Virus record (IMG/VR): IMGVR_UViG_3300029305_003192
DNA length: 64,000 nucleotides
Reading direction: 5' to 3' (one strand)
Origin: a virus
Taxonomy: Duplodnaviria; Caudoviricetes
Part shown: piece after piece, positions 28,640-39,523 of the stretch
How the letters are laid out: each line of letters begins with the position of its first letter
How positions within the stretch are numbered: position 1 is the stretch's first letter
Made by a program: the position numbers and the translations under genes
The notes under the pieces: generated by a model
What the model was told of the DNA's origin: nothing
The model's input: the letters and a program-made list of their open reading frames with translations, nothing else
Databases searched by the model: none

Positions 28640-29545
28640 ATGGCACAGATTTTAAAGGATAATCTTGGACTCTGTGAGATGATTAATCGTGACCAGGAGA
28701 TTATTGCTAGAAAGCATGGTCTTCCGGTTATGAGAGGCGTTCTCTATAAGGTAAACATGGACTCCAATGGTGACCCAATTTTCGATAAGCTCGAAAAGGT
28801 CAATGAAAATACTGTAGTACTCGGAGGTGCCGTTCTTGCACTCGAGAAACTCTTCGGCAGGGGTGCCAAGTACCTCCCAGGTACTCTTAATGAAGAGTAT
28901 AAAGTTAACGACGCGTTTGATGTCAATCCGCAGCAGACATATATCAGATGCTTTGGCGTAGGTACGGGTGGTGCTCGTGATACAATCGGTAGCGTTCTCG
29001 ACCCGGACTTCAAGCAGAAGTTCCTGAATGATATGATCCCGTTCAGAATCTCTGATACAGAAGATCTTGCTGATACAATCGACCCCGAAGTTGCAAAGAA
29101 GTATTTCTTCAGACGTCAGATTTATGAGAATCCTAAGCCACTGTGGGGCTGGTATCTCAAGGAATTTGAAAATCCTGATTCTATACCTCAGCCTTCATCA
29201 TACTGGAAAGATGTTCCGGATCCTAACTCTCTCGGTACGGAAGTAAGTAGTAATCCAGAACCATATACACTTATCGGCGAGAATGATAACCTCATCGAAT
29301 GTTTCGGTGAATGTATCATCAAGCTCGAAGAAGATGACCTCAGACCTTGGTTCCAGTATAACGGTAGCCTTCCTACTGCACGATATAATACATTTGGTCT
29401 CTTCACTGGAGCGAAGACACCTATCGTATCAGGATATGTTGACTATGTTGGAGTAAGACTTTTCTCAGTGGTTAACTTCAACAACGTTGCCCTCGATATG
29501 CCTACATCTGCAACATATCTCTATCGTGTATATGCTGCTATCTAA
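28640..29545 (+). CDS. Virion structural protein, probable baseplate/tail-fibre attachment component
   Basis: ENTVVLGG, FGVGTGG, YLKEFE, ARYNTFGL, LFSVVNF and terminal YRVY pattern; follows the large wedge-like gene. Confidence 0.55.
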   Translation: MAQILKDNLGLCEMINRDQEIIARKHGLPVMRGVLYKVNMDSNGDPIFDKLEKVNENTVVLGGAVLALEKLFGRGAKYLPGTLNEEYKVNDAFDVNPQQTYIRCFGVGTGGARDTIGSVLDPDFKQKFLNDMIPFRISDTEDLADTIDPEVAKKYFFRRQIYENPKPLWGWYLKEFENPDSIPQPSSYWKDVPDPNSLGTEVSSNPEPYTLIGENDNLIECFGECIIKLEEDDLRPWFQYNGSLPTARYNTFGLFTGAKTPIVSGYVDYVGVRLFSVVNFNNVALDMPTSATYLYRVYAAI

Positions 29546-29834
29546 ATTACTTAAAAGAAAGAAGAAATTTATTGCTGTGCATGTAAATGGCTTTGTCAAT
29601 TCAGATGGAACTGAGAATGTACATGGGAGGTTTCAATACGACTTTGAAGAATCACTCGTAGGATTTACGTCGAAATTGAAAATCATAGACACCATCAGTG
29701 GACATTATTATGTTAACACTATAGGACCTGAGTATAGATCAGAGAACTGCAGCTCAGTTAATATGCTCGAAATCTTTCAGCGGTTAAATTTATATATCCG
29801 CACTAACAACTTCAATAATGAGAGGATTATGTAA
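29532..29834 (+). CDS. Hypothetical protein
   Basis: ~100-aa ORF overlapping the previous stop; no clear SD. Confidence 0.4.
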   Translation: MLLSKLLKRKKKFIAVHVNGFVNSDGTENVHGRFQYDFEESLVGFTSKLKIIDTISGHYYVNTIGPEYRSENCSSVNMLEIFQRLNLYIRTNNFNNERIM

Positions 29835-30117
29835 TGTCGCCCTCAAGCATTATATGCGTTTATCGCACAGGGATTGACTTTTCTATTTTGGACAATGCCG
29901 GTATGAGACACCTCATCAACGCATATGGGCGATCCTCCTCCTCTCTAAACTGTCGTCATGGCAGGACCTACCTAAATACAACGATGATACCCGGATGCCT
30001 CCGTATGGGCATCCGGGTATTTCGTATCGTTTAAATGTCAAACTATATATCCTTACATGGTAAAAAAGACCGATGAGGTCGACAAAATGTCTAATATTGT
30101 AAAGGAGGTAGATTTCT

Positions 30118-30603
30118 ATGAGACATCGTAGAATCCCCACTAAGGAGAATTATTATCTCGATATTGCAGAAGCAGTTGCAGGAAGGGGTACATGTATTAG
30201 AAGATGCTTCGGTGCGATTATAGTTAAGGATGACAGAATCATATCCACTGGATATGTTGGAGCACCTAGAGGTGAAGAGCATTGTTGTGATACCGGAAAG
30301 TGTATTCGACATGAATTGAATATACCATCTGGTGAACGATATGAATTATGTAAGAGTGTCCATGCCGAGATGAATGCTATCATAAATGGTACTGCATCAG
30401 ATATGATTGGTTCGACTATGTATTTAGTTGGAAAACACGTCACTGATGACGGCACACTCGGAGAGTATGTGGATGGTACATCACCATGTAAACTGTGTAG
30501 ACGTATGATAATCAATGCACGTATTGCTTATGTGGTAATAAGGAATGCTGATGGTATTACTTGGAGAAAGTATCCCGTATCCGAATTACCTGAATATAAA
30601 TAA
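30118..30603 (+). CDS. dCMP deaminase (Zn-dependent)
   Basis: HAE and PCKLC motifs; GAIIVKDDRIISTGY.G; SD AAGGAGG. Confidence 0.93.
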   Translation: MRHRRIPTKENYYLDIAEAVAGRGTCIRRCFGAIIVKDDRIISTGYVGAPRGEEHCCDTGKCIRHELNIPSGERYELCKSVHAEMNAIINGTASDMIGSTMYLVGKHVTDDGTLGEYVDGTSPCKLCRRMIINARIAYVVIRNADGITWRKYPVSELPEYK

Positions 30604-30636
30604 CTTTAACTTTAAGATCTTAGGAGGGTCCAAATT

Positions 30637-32816
30637 ATGGCAAAGAAATCAATGGATAATATTGAGGTTAAGATGGGAGACCCAACGTGGGTAATTCCAG
30701 CTATCAATAATCTCACTACATATTCGACCGACGAACTTGTTGACCCAGAGGGCAAGTTCTCCAAGTATGCTATTCAGACATACGGTAAACTTGGTTACTT
30801 CACTGGTACAGAATCCGATGATGATTACGAACTTAAAGGCGTAATTGATTGTAAAGACCCGATTCTCAGTGAAGAAATTCAGGCTCTTCGTCGTAAGATT
30901 TATGATATGAATCCAAAGGGTAGGAGATATGGTACTGATATTATATCAGCACATGTATATACCCGTGACTTTGATAATGACTGTAGAGAGGATATGCTTA
31001 CTGGTAAAGGTTTTAGGATATCCAATCACGAGTCGTTCGATAAGAAGAATCAAAAGATACCAGACGGTCTTCAGAGCCCAGAATTCGGTAGTGACTTCGG
31101 CGACGACCTTGAATTTGCAGAAAGATATAGATGTGTATGTGGACTCAAGATGGGTCAGATGTATGAACATGAAATCTGCCCAGAGTGTAATACAGAAGTT
31201 CAGTACTGTGAGGTAGACCTTGAGAAGACTGGATGGATTTTCATCGAGGGTGGATTTAAAGTAATCACACCTATATATTACGCGAAGCTCGAAGCACTCC
31301 TCGGTAAGTATGATAGCCAGGACTCAGTTATCGGAGCAATCATCCGCTGTAACTATAAAGATGCAAAGACAAATGAGGAACTTGATGAAGCTGGTCTTAC
31401 AGATAGAGACCGAGAGATGATTGTTAAGCATCCATTTATCCGTAAAGGTATGGCATGGTTTGAACAGCACATTCTCGAAGTTCTCGATTTCTATAGGAGA
31501 GCTAAGCCCGGTAAGGCTAAATGGTTCGAAGAAATCATTGATAATATAGACAAAGTATTCTGCTCGAGAATACCAGTATATACATCAGTTCTCCGTATGG
31601 AAGCTCCTGGTGCAAAGGATGAGAAGGTATTTAGAACCAAAACTAATACCTGCTATCGTTCAATCATCAGGTCCGCAAACATGATTAATGATTTGGTATC
31701 TCGTCACTATGTAAAGAATGCTGACGATAATGCACACTTTACAACCACTTATGATATCAGTGAAATGACATCAATTGACAGATTCAGCGCTCAGATTCAG
31801 AAGGACCTCAAGGACCTCTTCGAAGAAGAGTTCACAATTCTGTCAGGAAAAGAAGGATATATTCTTGGTAAGGTAGTATCTGGTAGATACAACTTCTCCG
31901 CAAGAAACATCATCATCTCTGGTGGTGCCGACCTTCACTCAGACGAAATCATGGTTTGCTATTCCACATTCATTGAGCTCTTTAGATATGAGCTCACAGC
32001 ATACTATGCTAAATATAATAACTGTACAATATCAGAGGCCAATGATGCAATCCTGAAAGCACAGTCACGATTCGATAAGCAGGTATATTACACCATGCTC
32101 TATATGGTTAATACGAATGATATCCATGTAATAGTTAACAGAAATCCGTTAGCATATAGCGGCTCCCAGTCGTGAGGCTGGTGAGAAAACTCTACTTTAT
32201 ACGGGGAAATGCTAGCCACCTCTTTTGAGGTTCCGTGCTACATTTACAAGCGTTAGCATAATCCGTAGCCAGGTCTCAGTTTACTGAGACAAGGTTCAAC
32301 GACTATCGAAAGGGTAATCCGATACTTACATCGGGTGAGTAACCGAGTAGAGTAGGGCCAAGTGGTAGGTTTCTAGATGATATTAGTCTAGAGTGATTCC
32401 TTTAAACCGAAATGATGAGCATCTCATAAGAGTTTATGAGTTGGTGATATAGTCTACGCAACATGGTAACATGTTGAACCCAGTACTGGGTTGATGGTAA
32501 TTAACGACTACCATTTACTTGCACGGCAATTAACTATGGATCATTCCTTGCACTTCGTATCGTTCATGTTAAATCTGATATTGGAGATAGAACTCTCACC
32601 GTTAATAAGCGTATCCTCATCGTTATGGGTGCAGACTTCGACGGTGACCAGGAGAATATATTCAGAGTATTTGGCGACTCACTTAACGCAACTATTGCGA
32701 GACAGATGAACCCGAGATATACGCTCTTTATCGACAAAAAGAATAATCAACTCAATCGAGCGTTGATGCCTACGAAGGATGAAGCTATCGGCTTCTATAC
32801 CTTCAATAATATCTAA
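30637..32816 (+). CDS. rpoC: Phage RNA polymerase beta'-like subunit (probably non-virion RNAP); spliced join(30637..32149,32527..32816), 600 aa
   Basis: Zn finger CVCG...CPEC and GRYNFSARNII; splicing restores NRNPSINYGS; catalytic GADFDGD is in exon 2; lies in an early-type operon. Confidence 0.9.
32150..32526 (+). ncRNA. Group I self-splicing intron (377 nt, no homing endonuclease ORF)
   Basis: P1 CCGUUA/UAGCGG has the U-G pair at the 5' splice site. P ACGGGGAAA (~32201), Q AATCCGTAGCC (32260), R GTTCAACGACTA (32294), S GATATAGTC (32446), P9 hairpins and terminal G at 32526 are present. Removal restores the reading frame. Confidence 0.93.
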
Positions 32817-32834
32817 CGAAAGGGTTATGCTAAA

Positions 32835-33104
32835 ATGCCAGATAAACTCGAACTCAATATTGCATCAATTACAATCATCATTGATGTGATCGAATTAACC
32901 ATCGTATTTCTGACATGTATGCTATTTATAATATCTCGCAAGTATCTATATAATAAATTCGAGATTCGATGTGCTGTCACTAATGGTGATAAGCGTAAGT
33001 TTAATCTCATAAATCATATTATTACCGCTATCGTTATTGCGATGGCGGTAATAATCCCTATTGAAATAATAATAGATGGGAGGGCATGTTGGCCTTGGAT
33101 ATAA
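32835..33104 (+). CDS. Small two-TM membrane protein
   Basis: 89 aa; SD GAAAGGG. Confidence 0.7.
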   Translation: MPDKLELNIASITIIIDVIELTIVFLTCMLFIISRKYLYNKFEIRCAVTNGDKRKFNLINHIITAIVIAMAVIIPIEIIIDGRACWPWI

Positions 33105-34204
33105 GATTCAATATGTATAAGGTCAAGTATGATAAGCTTGACCATTTAACACGTACGCTGTTTCATTCACAGCATATATCAACCGTAAATATATACATCA
33201 GTCTCGATGACATATATTGGCATTGCCGCAACGGTCAGTCCAATCACGAATTCCAGTGCTGTGGTAATATGGCACCAAAGCAGTTGGTGTCCAATGTCCT
33301 TAATATTATAGCACACTATCGTGAATGGGCGGTTAGAAAGAATTTGACAGTTAAGGTATATGCATACTACACAATGTCTACCATATTCGAGAACCGTAGC
33401 ATACGTCACGATTATAGAAGTAATTACATTAGCAGAAGTGATATAACTAATGCAGACTGCTACTATGTAAATAACTGTATCCGTGAAGCTGCACCAATTC
33501 TCAAGACAGTTACACAGTATATCGATGGCGTATACGTTGTTGATACTAGAGGATTGGAACCTTCCGCATTTCCACATCTCATGGCTACCGAACTATCCGA
33601 CAGTCCTGCAGATTGGAACTTCCTCATAACTAAAGACATCGTCGAATTCCAGTATGCATACTATGATAAGTTCTCGGTGATTTATCCGAAGGGTGATGAC
33701 TCAATGCTTCTGGATACTCCTTCAACATGGAGGCATATTGCCAATAAGGAGAAGGTGGAGAGTGAATATCTCTACAAATACCCAGATGCGTTCTTACCAA
33801 TAACACTCGCTATTGTTGGTGACAAGAAACGCTCCATCCCGAAGATAAAGGGACTTAGCTGGAGAACTATGATGAGAATGATGGATGATATTATAGTTGA
33901 TAATACTGGACTTGACCCATATTCTCATGCTATGAAATTCCTCGACTCTTTGGAAGCTAAGAACTACAAGATGTCCGAAATCCAGACAAATCTTAATCTG
34001 GTTCAGCCATCCACTAATGCAGCACTTGCTAGTGATGTAGTTAAGGAGAACATTCGTCTACAGTTCATTGATACGCCCGACTATAATAGTTTAATGGAGC
34101 TTAATCGCAGTCCGGAATTGTTTGCATCATGCCCAATAAATATAAGGTTCCTTACACGGGTAGGAGATGTAAAACCAATAAGCCCGTTCAAGCTAAATTA
34201 TTAA
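33086..34204 (+). CDS. 5'-3' exonuclease / flap endonuclease (T4 RNase H-like)
   Basis: H3TH motif LAIVGDKKRSIPKIKGL; ITKD...QY; several canonical acidic residues look degenerate. Confidence 0.7.
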   Translation: MLALDIRFNMYKVKYDKLDHLTRTLFHSQHISTVNIYISLDDIYWHCRNGQSNHEFQCCGNMAPKQLVSNVLNIIAHYREWAVRKNLTVKVYAYYTMSTIFENRSIRHDYRSNYISRSDITNADCYYVNNCIREAAPILKTVTQYIDGVYVVDTRGLEPSAFPHLMATELSDSPADWNFLITKDIVEFQYAYYDKFSVIYPKGDDSMLLDTPSTWRHIANKEKVESEYLYKYPDAFLPITLAIVGDKKRSIPKIKGLSWRTMMRMMDDIIVDNTGLDPYSHAMKFLDSLEAKNYKMSEIQTNLNLVQPSTNAALASDVVKENIRLQFIDTPDYNSLMELNRSPELFASCPINIRFLTRVGDVKPISPFKLNY

Positions 34205-34251
34205 AAGAAAGCCCATATGGGCTTTCTTTTTTGTGTTAGGAGTGATATAAG

Positions 34252-35535
34252 TTGAAAGCAATAGATAGTATTAACTTCCGAATGTGTAAGTATAAAATGG
34301 ACCGTATCCAGTTAACGGTACCAGGGTTATCTAAACCATATCAGGTTAATACTCTGGCTATAGGTGACCTCGTAATAGAAAAGGACTTTGATAATTACCA
34401 GTACCCATACTTTCGTGTAACTATAGGTGTACCTAATAAGGTGCGACGCCTCATGCGTAAGAGTCATACTCAAATAACTGCGTATGTTCGTATGGTATAT
34501 GCATACTTCAAGACCCAGGATACGATAGGCTTACCGGATATGCATACGCAGGAGTATATATATCTATCCGAGAATTTCTATGTGTTTATGGAAGACCATA
34601 GCCCAGATGTAACTATGGACGTTGAAGAGCAGATTGAAAAGGAAACTCTTCCAGACGGTATCGTTACTGGTTTTGATAATCTTACCACTATAGAGATATT
34701 ACTTTACAAGAAGGCCGACCTTAATCTGGTCAAGCAGACACCGACTAAGGTGTATCGTAATGTTACCCTTCTCGATAGTCTCGTAGATTATATGAATACC
34801 GTTGGTATGACCAAGGTATTGATGACACCCCCGAATAATAACCTGAAAAGATATAAACAGTTTCCATACCCACCCATTAGAGTCGACGAGCAGATTCTCA
34901 GAGTATGTGGGGATTATGGTATTCATAAATGCGGTACAACTTTATTTTTCGACTTTGATAAGACCTATCTTATCGAGAAGGTTAATAAATGCACTGCATG
35001 GGTACCCAATGAATATAAGACAATCTATGTAATTGAACCGACTGCCGCGGCACATGTGTCCACCGTAATTCAGGGATGTAGTTATGAATCTGATCATTGT
35101 GGATATTGTACGATGACAAGTGCTACATCATCCGCAGATTCGATGGAACGTGAACAGGTGTTCGGTTCACGAATGGATGTTATTGATAAGAAGACAGGTA
35201 ATTACGTCGATGTGTCGGCAAACACTACAACTATTTCCGGTGGTGGTGGAAAATCACGTACTATTACCTCATATGACGGTGATGCGTCTACCGCATATGC
35301 TATACGACAGCGAATGATTGAAGAATCAAATATTCTCACTGCTGTACTCGATGGTACAGACCTTACAATGCTTGCACCAAACAAGTTATACCAGTTAGTA
35401 TTCTTATCATCCAATCTTTCTAAACATAATGGAGCATATAGGCTGAAGAAATTCACATGTGCGTTCCATGAGAATGATAGAGAATGGTTTACCCCTACAG
35501 TACTTGCTACATTTGTAGGAGACAAAATAAAATGA
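34252..35535 (+). CDS. Probable virion structural protein (baseplate hub-like)
   Basis: 427 aa, beta-rich; IEKDFD...P, YGI...G..LFFD and C-terminal LAPNK.Y...G.YRL (recognition only). Confidence 0.5.
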   Translation: MKAIDSINFRMCKYKMDRIQLTVPGLSKPYQVNTLAIGDLVIEKDFDNYQYPYFRVTIGVPNKVRRLMRKSHTQITAYVRMVYAYFKTQDTIGLPDMHTQEYIYLSENFYVFMEDHSPDVTMDVEEQIEKETLPDGIVTGFDNLTTIEILLYKKADLNLVKQTPTKVYRNVTLLDSLVDYMNTVGMTKVLMTPPNNNLKRYKQFPYPPIRVDEQILRVCGDYGIHKCGTTLFFDFDKTYLIEKVNKCTAWVPNEYKTIYVIEPTAAAHVSTVIQGCSYESDHCGYCTMTSATSSADSMEREQVFGSRMDVIDKKTGNYVDVSANTTTISGGGGKSRTITSYDGDASTAYAIRQRMIEESNILTAVLDGTDLTMLAPNKLYQLVFLSSNLSKHNGAYRLKKFTCAFHENDREWFTPTVLATFVGDKIK

Positions 35536-35540
35536 CGGTA

Positions 35541-36102
35541 AATACCCCAGTACCATAAATGGTACTGGGGTATTTTATGTAAAACTATAGAAAGGTTGCA
35601 TGTCTAATGCAAGCATATGTACTCAATAACAATGACCGGCAAGGGGTAGCTCTCACATTAACAATATGAAATCATGGAGTGATTTTTAATGAAATTGCTT
35701 TATGAATACCTGAGCGCGGAAATGTATGTAACGTTCACGCTACTCTCAATACACGGGCAACTGTTCGCAACATCGTCCGCCGTATATATCAACGAGGTCT
35801 CGGCACAATCCGTTACAAGTGGCTTACGCAACATTAAGTAGATTAAGCTGTATTCATTAGTCGATGAAATCATGAGCAAGAAAATATCGACGGATGTCTT
35901 TGCGAAACTTGAACACGCTTTGGCCGGAAGAATCCGCCATTTGAACTTTTTATCACGTTAACAGGTCCTCGCCACGTTAGTGGTGTTATCTCCGGGCATT
36001 TTATCGGTATAAGATATCGGGTATCTTCGAAACTACCCGGCCTTTGTCATTGTGTATCATAATAGGACGCATTCCGCCTATAGTGAATGGCAAGTCGTCC
36101 TA
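35541..36102 (-). ncRNA. Candidate ~560-nt structured ncRNA
   Basis: GACA-N6-TA promoter at 36101-36112; 5' hairpin TAGGACG..CGTCCTA; closing helix ACAATGAC..GGGTAG / CTACCC..GTCATTGT spanning ~425 nt; no ORF; terminator at 35541-35574. Confidence 0.6.
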
Positions 36103-36128
36103 CATATATGTCATATGGTGTATAGATT

Positions 36129-38999
36129 TTAAATGAAGAGTTTATCATTCTCAACCTGCTTGAGACGAATACGAGATGAGTGGAATTTCTTCATACCTGC
36201 ATTAACGAATGTATTAGGAACTGTAGCGAAGTTGATACCTACATTCATGAGGTCCATTTCATATGGTCTGGAGCCAATACATGCTGAGCATATCTTCTCA
36301 CCAATACAGCACATTGGTGAACGTACTTTGATTGGTTTATTGATAAACTGCTTATAGTTCTCGTCGGTGACAGTAACTAATTTACCCTCACCTACGATGA
36401 CATTCTGACCTTCAAGGTCACGCCAATTATCCTCGGTGTATGTCAATGTTAAGTAACCCTTAGTATGACAATCTGAACCCTCTTCGTCTACTACGGTAGC
36501 GCCGAACAGAGCATAGAACTGCTTTGTTACATAACCAGCATCGGCTGTACCTACGGACTTAGGATATGAAGCAGATACCACCATGTTACCAGCTTTTGCA
36601 ATTTCGTCCTTTCTAAAGCCTTCTACATAGCTCGACTTAATAACGTCAAACTGACCTGTACCAGCATTATAAATAGGACCAATCATAGTATTGATATTCT
36701 TAAGCTGGTCATCGACTTTAGCCTTAGCACCAGATGCGAACAAAGTTCTTGATGTATCGGCATCAATTTTCTTCTTAAGCATATCTACAAGCTCATCCTC
36801 AAGAGCAGCCACTTCATCCAATGTCGGATTCGGGTTTTCTTTGAAGAATTGCTCCTTACGGGCAATAATCTTCTTGTCTGGAATAATTGTAGCCTCTGTC
36901 ATAGACGATGCGAAAATAGTAGTTGTCTTATATGCATAGAACTGAATAGCCTTAAGGAATGGCCATACTTTATCCGTGGTAATTCTATCATACTTAATAG
37001 CTGTAGCTACAAGGGCAAAAAGTTTCTCATACCCCTTCTTATCAATAGGGATATTCCAGTATCCATCTGGGATAATCTCAACGATATATGGCTCAATGAT
37101 AATCTTATTGAATGTAAGAATACCCAGGGTTGTTTCAACCGGTTTCTTATTGGTATACTGATTAGCAGCAAGAGTTACTGTATCATAATGAATATATTTG
37201 GAATTCTTAATCTTCTTGGTTTCAAGGTCGGTAGTCGTAGCAAACCATTCAGTTAACTTCTTCATACCAATATTCTTGTAGTTGGTATTCAATATCTCAG
37301 CAACAGCATGGGCTGGTGCAGGCTTACCCTTAGGGTTAAACTGCATCATAGAGTAAAGACCAAGTACACCCTCGTTACCCAGGGTCTTAATAAGTTTACC
37401 CTGACAGTCGATATAGTGCTTCTTAGACATGATAATATTCATTGTCTCGTCGTTAGCTTCCTTAGAGAACATAGCACGATGAGATGTTTGGTCGCCATCA
37501 TAGTCACCGCCGATAGCTTCGAGGAACGAGTTATCCATATTAAGAGTATCGTTGAACGCTACTGCCACCTGCTCCGGTGGTGCATCAGGTTCTACTACTG
37601 GGTAATATGGAAACTCTTTCTCAATACCCTGAATTCGAAGCTTTATTGGTGTAGTTTTGATGGTTGATAATACATGAATCATTGATGGGAAGATACCAAA
37701 GTATGAGATAAGTGGATATCTAGTAACCCACGTGGTCTTATCTGACGAGACCTCGACCGCTGCGATATATAGTAAATCAGTCCAAGTGAAATCACGATCA
37801 GCGATAGGTGCCATACCATCAGCATTCGGATTCTTCGGATCAAAAGGTCTTCCTGCAAACTTCAGTGGAATAATCTTCTGACCACTCGGAGTCTTGATTC
37901 GTACAGTCACGGGTTCAAATCTTGTCTCATAGTTATCAATGAACTTATCAATTCGCTTCTTGATAAGATCTGCAGTATAATCCTGCATTGGGTCATCAAG
38001 CTCATATGATTCAACATTACCGCCTTTAAGTGCCAAATTAAGTCGGTTACCCGATACTTCAAACTGCTCAGAAAGGTAATTGGCTACCCAACGAGCAATG
38101 AATGGGAATAATGTAACACAAAGCTCAGCAAGTGGAATACCTGTATGATTAACGTCAATAGGCACTTCATCCGGAGTATCATACTGGTCAAGTACCATAC
38201 ATGAGATAACTGAACGGTGACCATAGTCCGGAGCTTTACCTACAACGTACTTATTGAAGAAACCATCGGATTTCTCAATGATACTTCTGAAGTATTTATG
38301 GAGTTCCAGAGTCTTAAGCTGAATGCGATACTTCGCAGCATGACCCATGAATAAGAATGTCTTATCATTCAATGACTTTGCAAGACGAATGATATCGATA
38401 TACATATTATTGACCTGTGGAATCTTAGCAGGTCCATCGCCGGTTCTTTCCACATCTCTGTAGAATACCGGCTGTACTACGAACTTATTGATGAATATTT
38501 CATTCGGTTCAAATGACTCAATCATATCGATACGTTCGTTACGCTCTCTGGATTTATTACGCTTCCATTTAATCTTTGAGTAGTTCTTGATAAACCAATC
38601 CAATCCACAGTTAGCTGGATTAGCCTTCGGGTCATCATCTTTAAGTTTAATGAGGTCACCATTTTCAGTAACCTCCCAACACCCTTCGCCGGCGATACAC
38701 TTCGATATATTCTGCTGAAGTTTAGTAAGGATTTCATAAACGAATGGATGTATGATAGTTGTATTGAGATCGATATAAGCATACTGGCGCTTACGTTCAT
38801 CGACTGTCTTACCGAATATCTCTTCGGAGAATAATCCATCCACTGTAGGGATACCTTCTCTCTCAAAGGATACTGGATTGGTAACAGGCTTCATTCCGAG
38901 ATACTTAATAGACAGGTCAATTACTTCTTGCGTCTGGATGTCTACCTTTAATGGGACATCCGGTCCGACGGTGCGGACATCTGGCATTTCGTTAGCCAT
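36129..38999 (-). CDS. rpoC: Phage RNA polymerase beta'-like subunit (probably virion RNAP)
   Basis: DGLFSEEIFG, GKAPDYGHRSVI, TRYP, catalytic GGDYDGD, SGAK, TADAGY, VRSPMCC...ICSAC.G; AACC-N6-TA late-like promoter at 39028; start after AAGGAGG. Confidence 0.92.
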   Translation of the reverse strand: MANEMPDVRTVGPDVPLKVDIQTQEVIDLSIKYLGMKPVTNPVSFEREGIPTVDGLFSEEIFGKTVDERKRQYAYIDLNTTIIHPFVYEILTKLQQNISKCIAGEGCWEVTENGDLIKLKDDDPKANPANCGLDWFIKNYSKIKWKRNKSRERNERIDMIESFEPNEIFINKFVVQPVFYRDVERTGDGPAKIPQVNNMYIDIIRLAKSLNDKTFLFMGHAAKYRIQLKTLELHKYFRSIIEKSDGFFNKYVVGKAPDYGHRSVISCMVLDQYDTPDEVPIDVNHTGIPLAELCVTLFPFIARWVANYLSEQFEVSGNRLNLALKGGNVESYELDDPMQDYTADLIKKRIDKFIDNYETRFEPVTVRIKTPSGQKIIPLKFAGRPFDPKNPNADGMAPIADRDFTWTDLLYIAAVEVSSDKTTWVTRYPLISYFGIFPSMIHVLSTIKTTPIKLRIQGIEKEFPYYPVVEPDAPPEQVAVAFNDTLNMDNSFLEAIGGDYDGDQTSHRAMFSKEANDETMNIIMSKKHYIDCQGKLIKTLGNEGVLGLYSMMQFNPKGKPAPAHAVAEILNTNYKNIGMKKLTEWFATTTDLETKKIKNSKYIHYDTVTLAANQYTNKKPVETTLGILTFNKIIIEPYIVEIIPDGYWNIPIDKKGYEKLFALVATAIKYDRITTDKVWPFLKAIQFYAYKTTTIFASSMTEATIIPDKKIIARKEQFFKENPNPTLDEVAALEDELVDMLKKKIDADTSRTLFASGAKAKVDDQLKNINTMIGPIYNAGTGQFDVIKSSYVEGFRKDEIAKAGNMVVSASYPKSVGTADAGYVTKQFYALFGATVVDEEGSDCHTKGYLTLTYTEDNWRDLEGQNVIVGEGKLVTVTDENYKQFINKPIKVRSPMCCIGEKICSACIGSRPYEMDLMNVGINFATVPNTFVNAGMKKFHSSRIRLKQVENDKLFI

Positions 39000-39062
39000 T
39001 ATATTTAACCTCCTTTGTGAAGTCAATTATATAGAGGTTTTCGAATCGGGTCTTCTAAAAGC

Positions 39063-39122
39063 AAAAAAATCAACACCGCCTAAGTAACTAGAACCGCCAG
39101 GTACGTACCTGGCGGTGTTGAT
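39063..39122 (-). terminator. Cassette terminator, copy 3, with invariant loop
   Basis: Stem 39069-39086/39106-39122 plus U-tract; invariant 18-mer at 39090-39107. Confidence 0.75.
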
Positions 39123-39133
39123 GTTAGTATGGC

Positions 39134-39523
39134 TCACCAGAGAAGGCAAGCCAGTTTATCCTCGATTTCTTCGAGGAGCTGGCGAGTTCCCTCGCCGATA
39201 TAGTACCCATACTTTTCTGCAAGTATGGATATGCTGGATGTTGGATAATCAGTGGAATTCATATCCACTAATACCGATGATATATCATCGGTATCTACTG
39301 TGATAAATAACGCCACATCCATTTTTCGTATTACGAAAAATGGAAGGAATGTACCATCACACTCGAAGAATCTTCCGTTCGCATGGATATTAGTGAAAGC
39401 GGTTATCTTTTTGAAGTCATCAACTGTGACAGTTGATTTCCGACTTTTATCCGTGGATAATTTGCGGATGATTTCCTTTGCATAGCAGGATGCTGTATTA
39501 AACTTATGATTGTAAGTATTCAT
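39134..39523 (-). CDS. Hypothetical protein, cargo of cassette 3
   Basis: 129 aa; SD GAGG; flanked by cassette elements. Confidence 0.8.
   Translation of the reverse strand: MNTYNHKFNTASCYAKEIIRKLSTDKSRKSTVTVDDFKKITAFTNIHANGRFFECDGTFLPFFVIRKMDVALFITVDTDDISSVLVDMNSTDYPTSSISILAEKYGYYIGEGTRQLLEEIEDKLACLLW

Noticed and set aside
32491-32816. Separate small ORFs 32491..32709 and 32625..32816
   Set aside because: The second is part of exon 2 of the spliced beta' gene; the first is an off-frame artefact.
35575-36100. tmRNA or RNase P identity for the 560-nt element
   Set aside because: No tRNA-like ends with T-loop and CCA, and no GAGGAAAGUCC or terminal RNase P motif on either strand.
5573-39107. 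CRISPR or mini-array interpretation of the repeated 18-mer
   Set aside because: Copies are kilobases apart, each in a terminator loop; no repeat-spacer periodicity and no cas genes.
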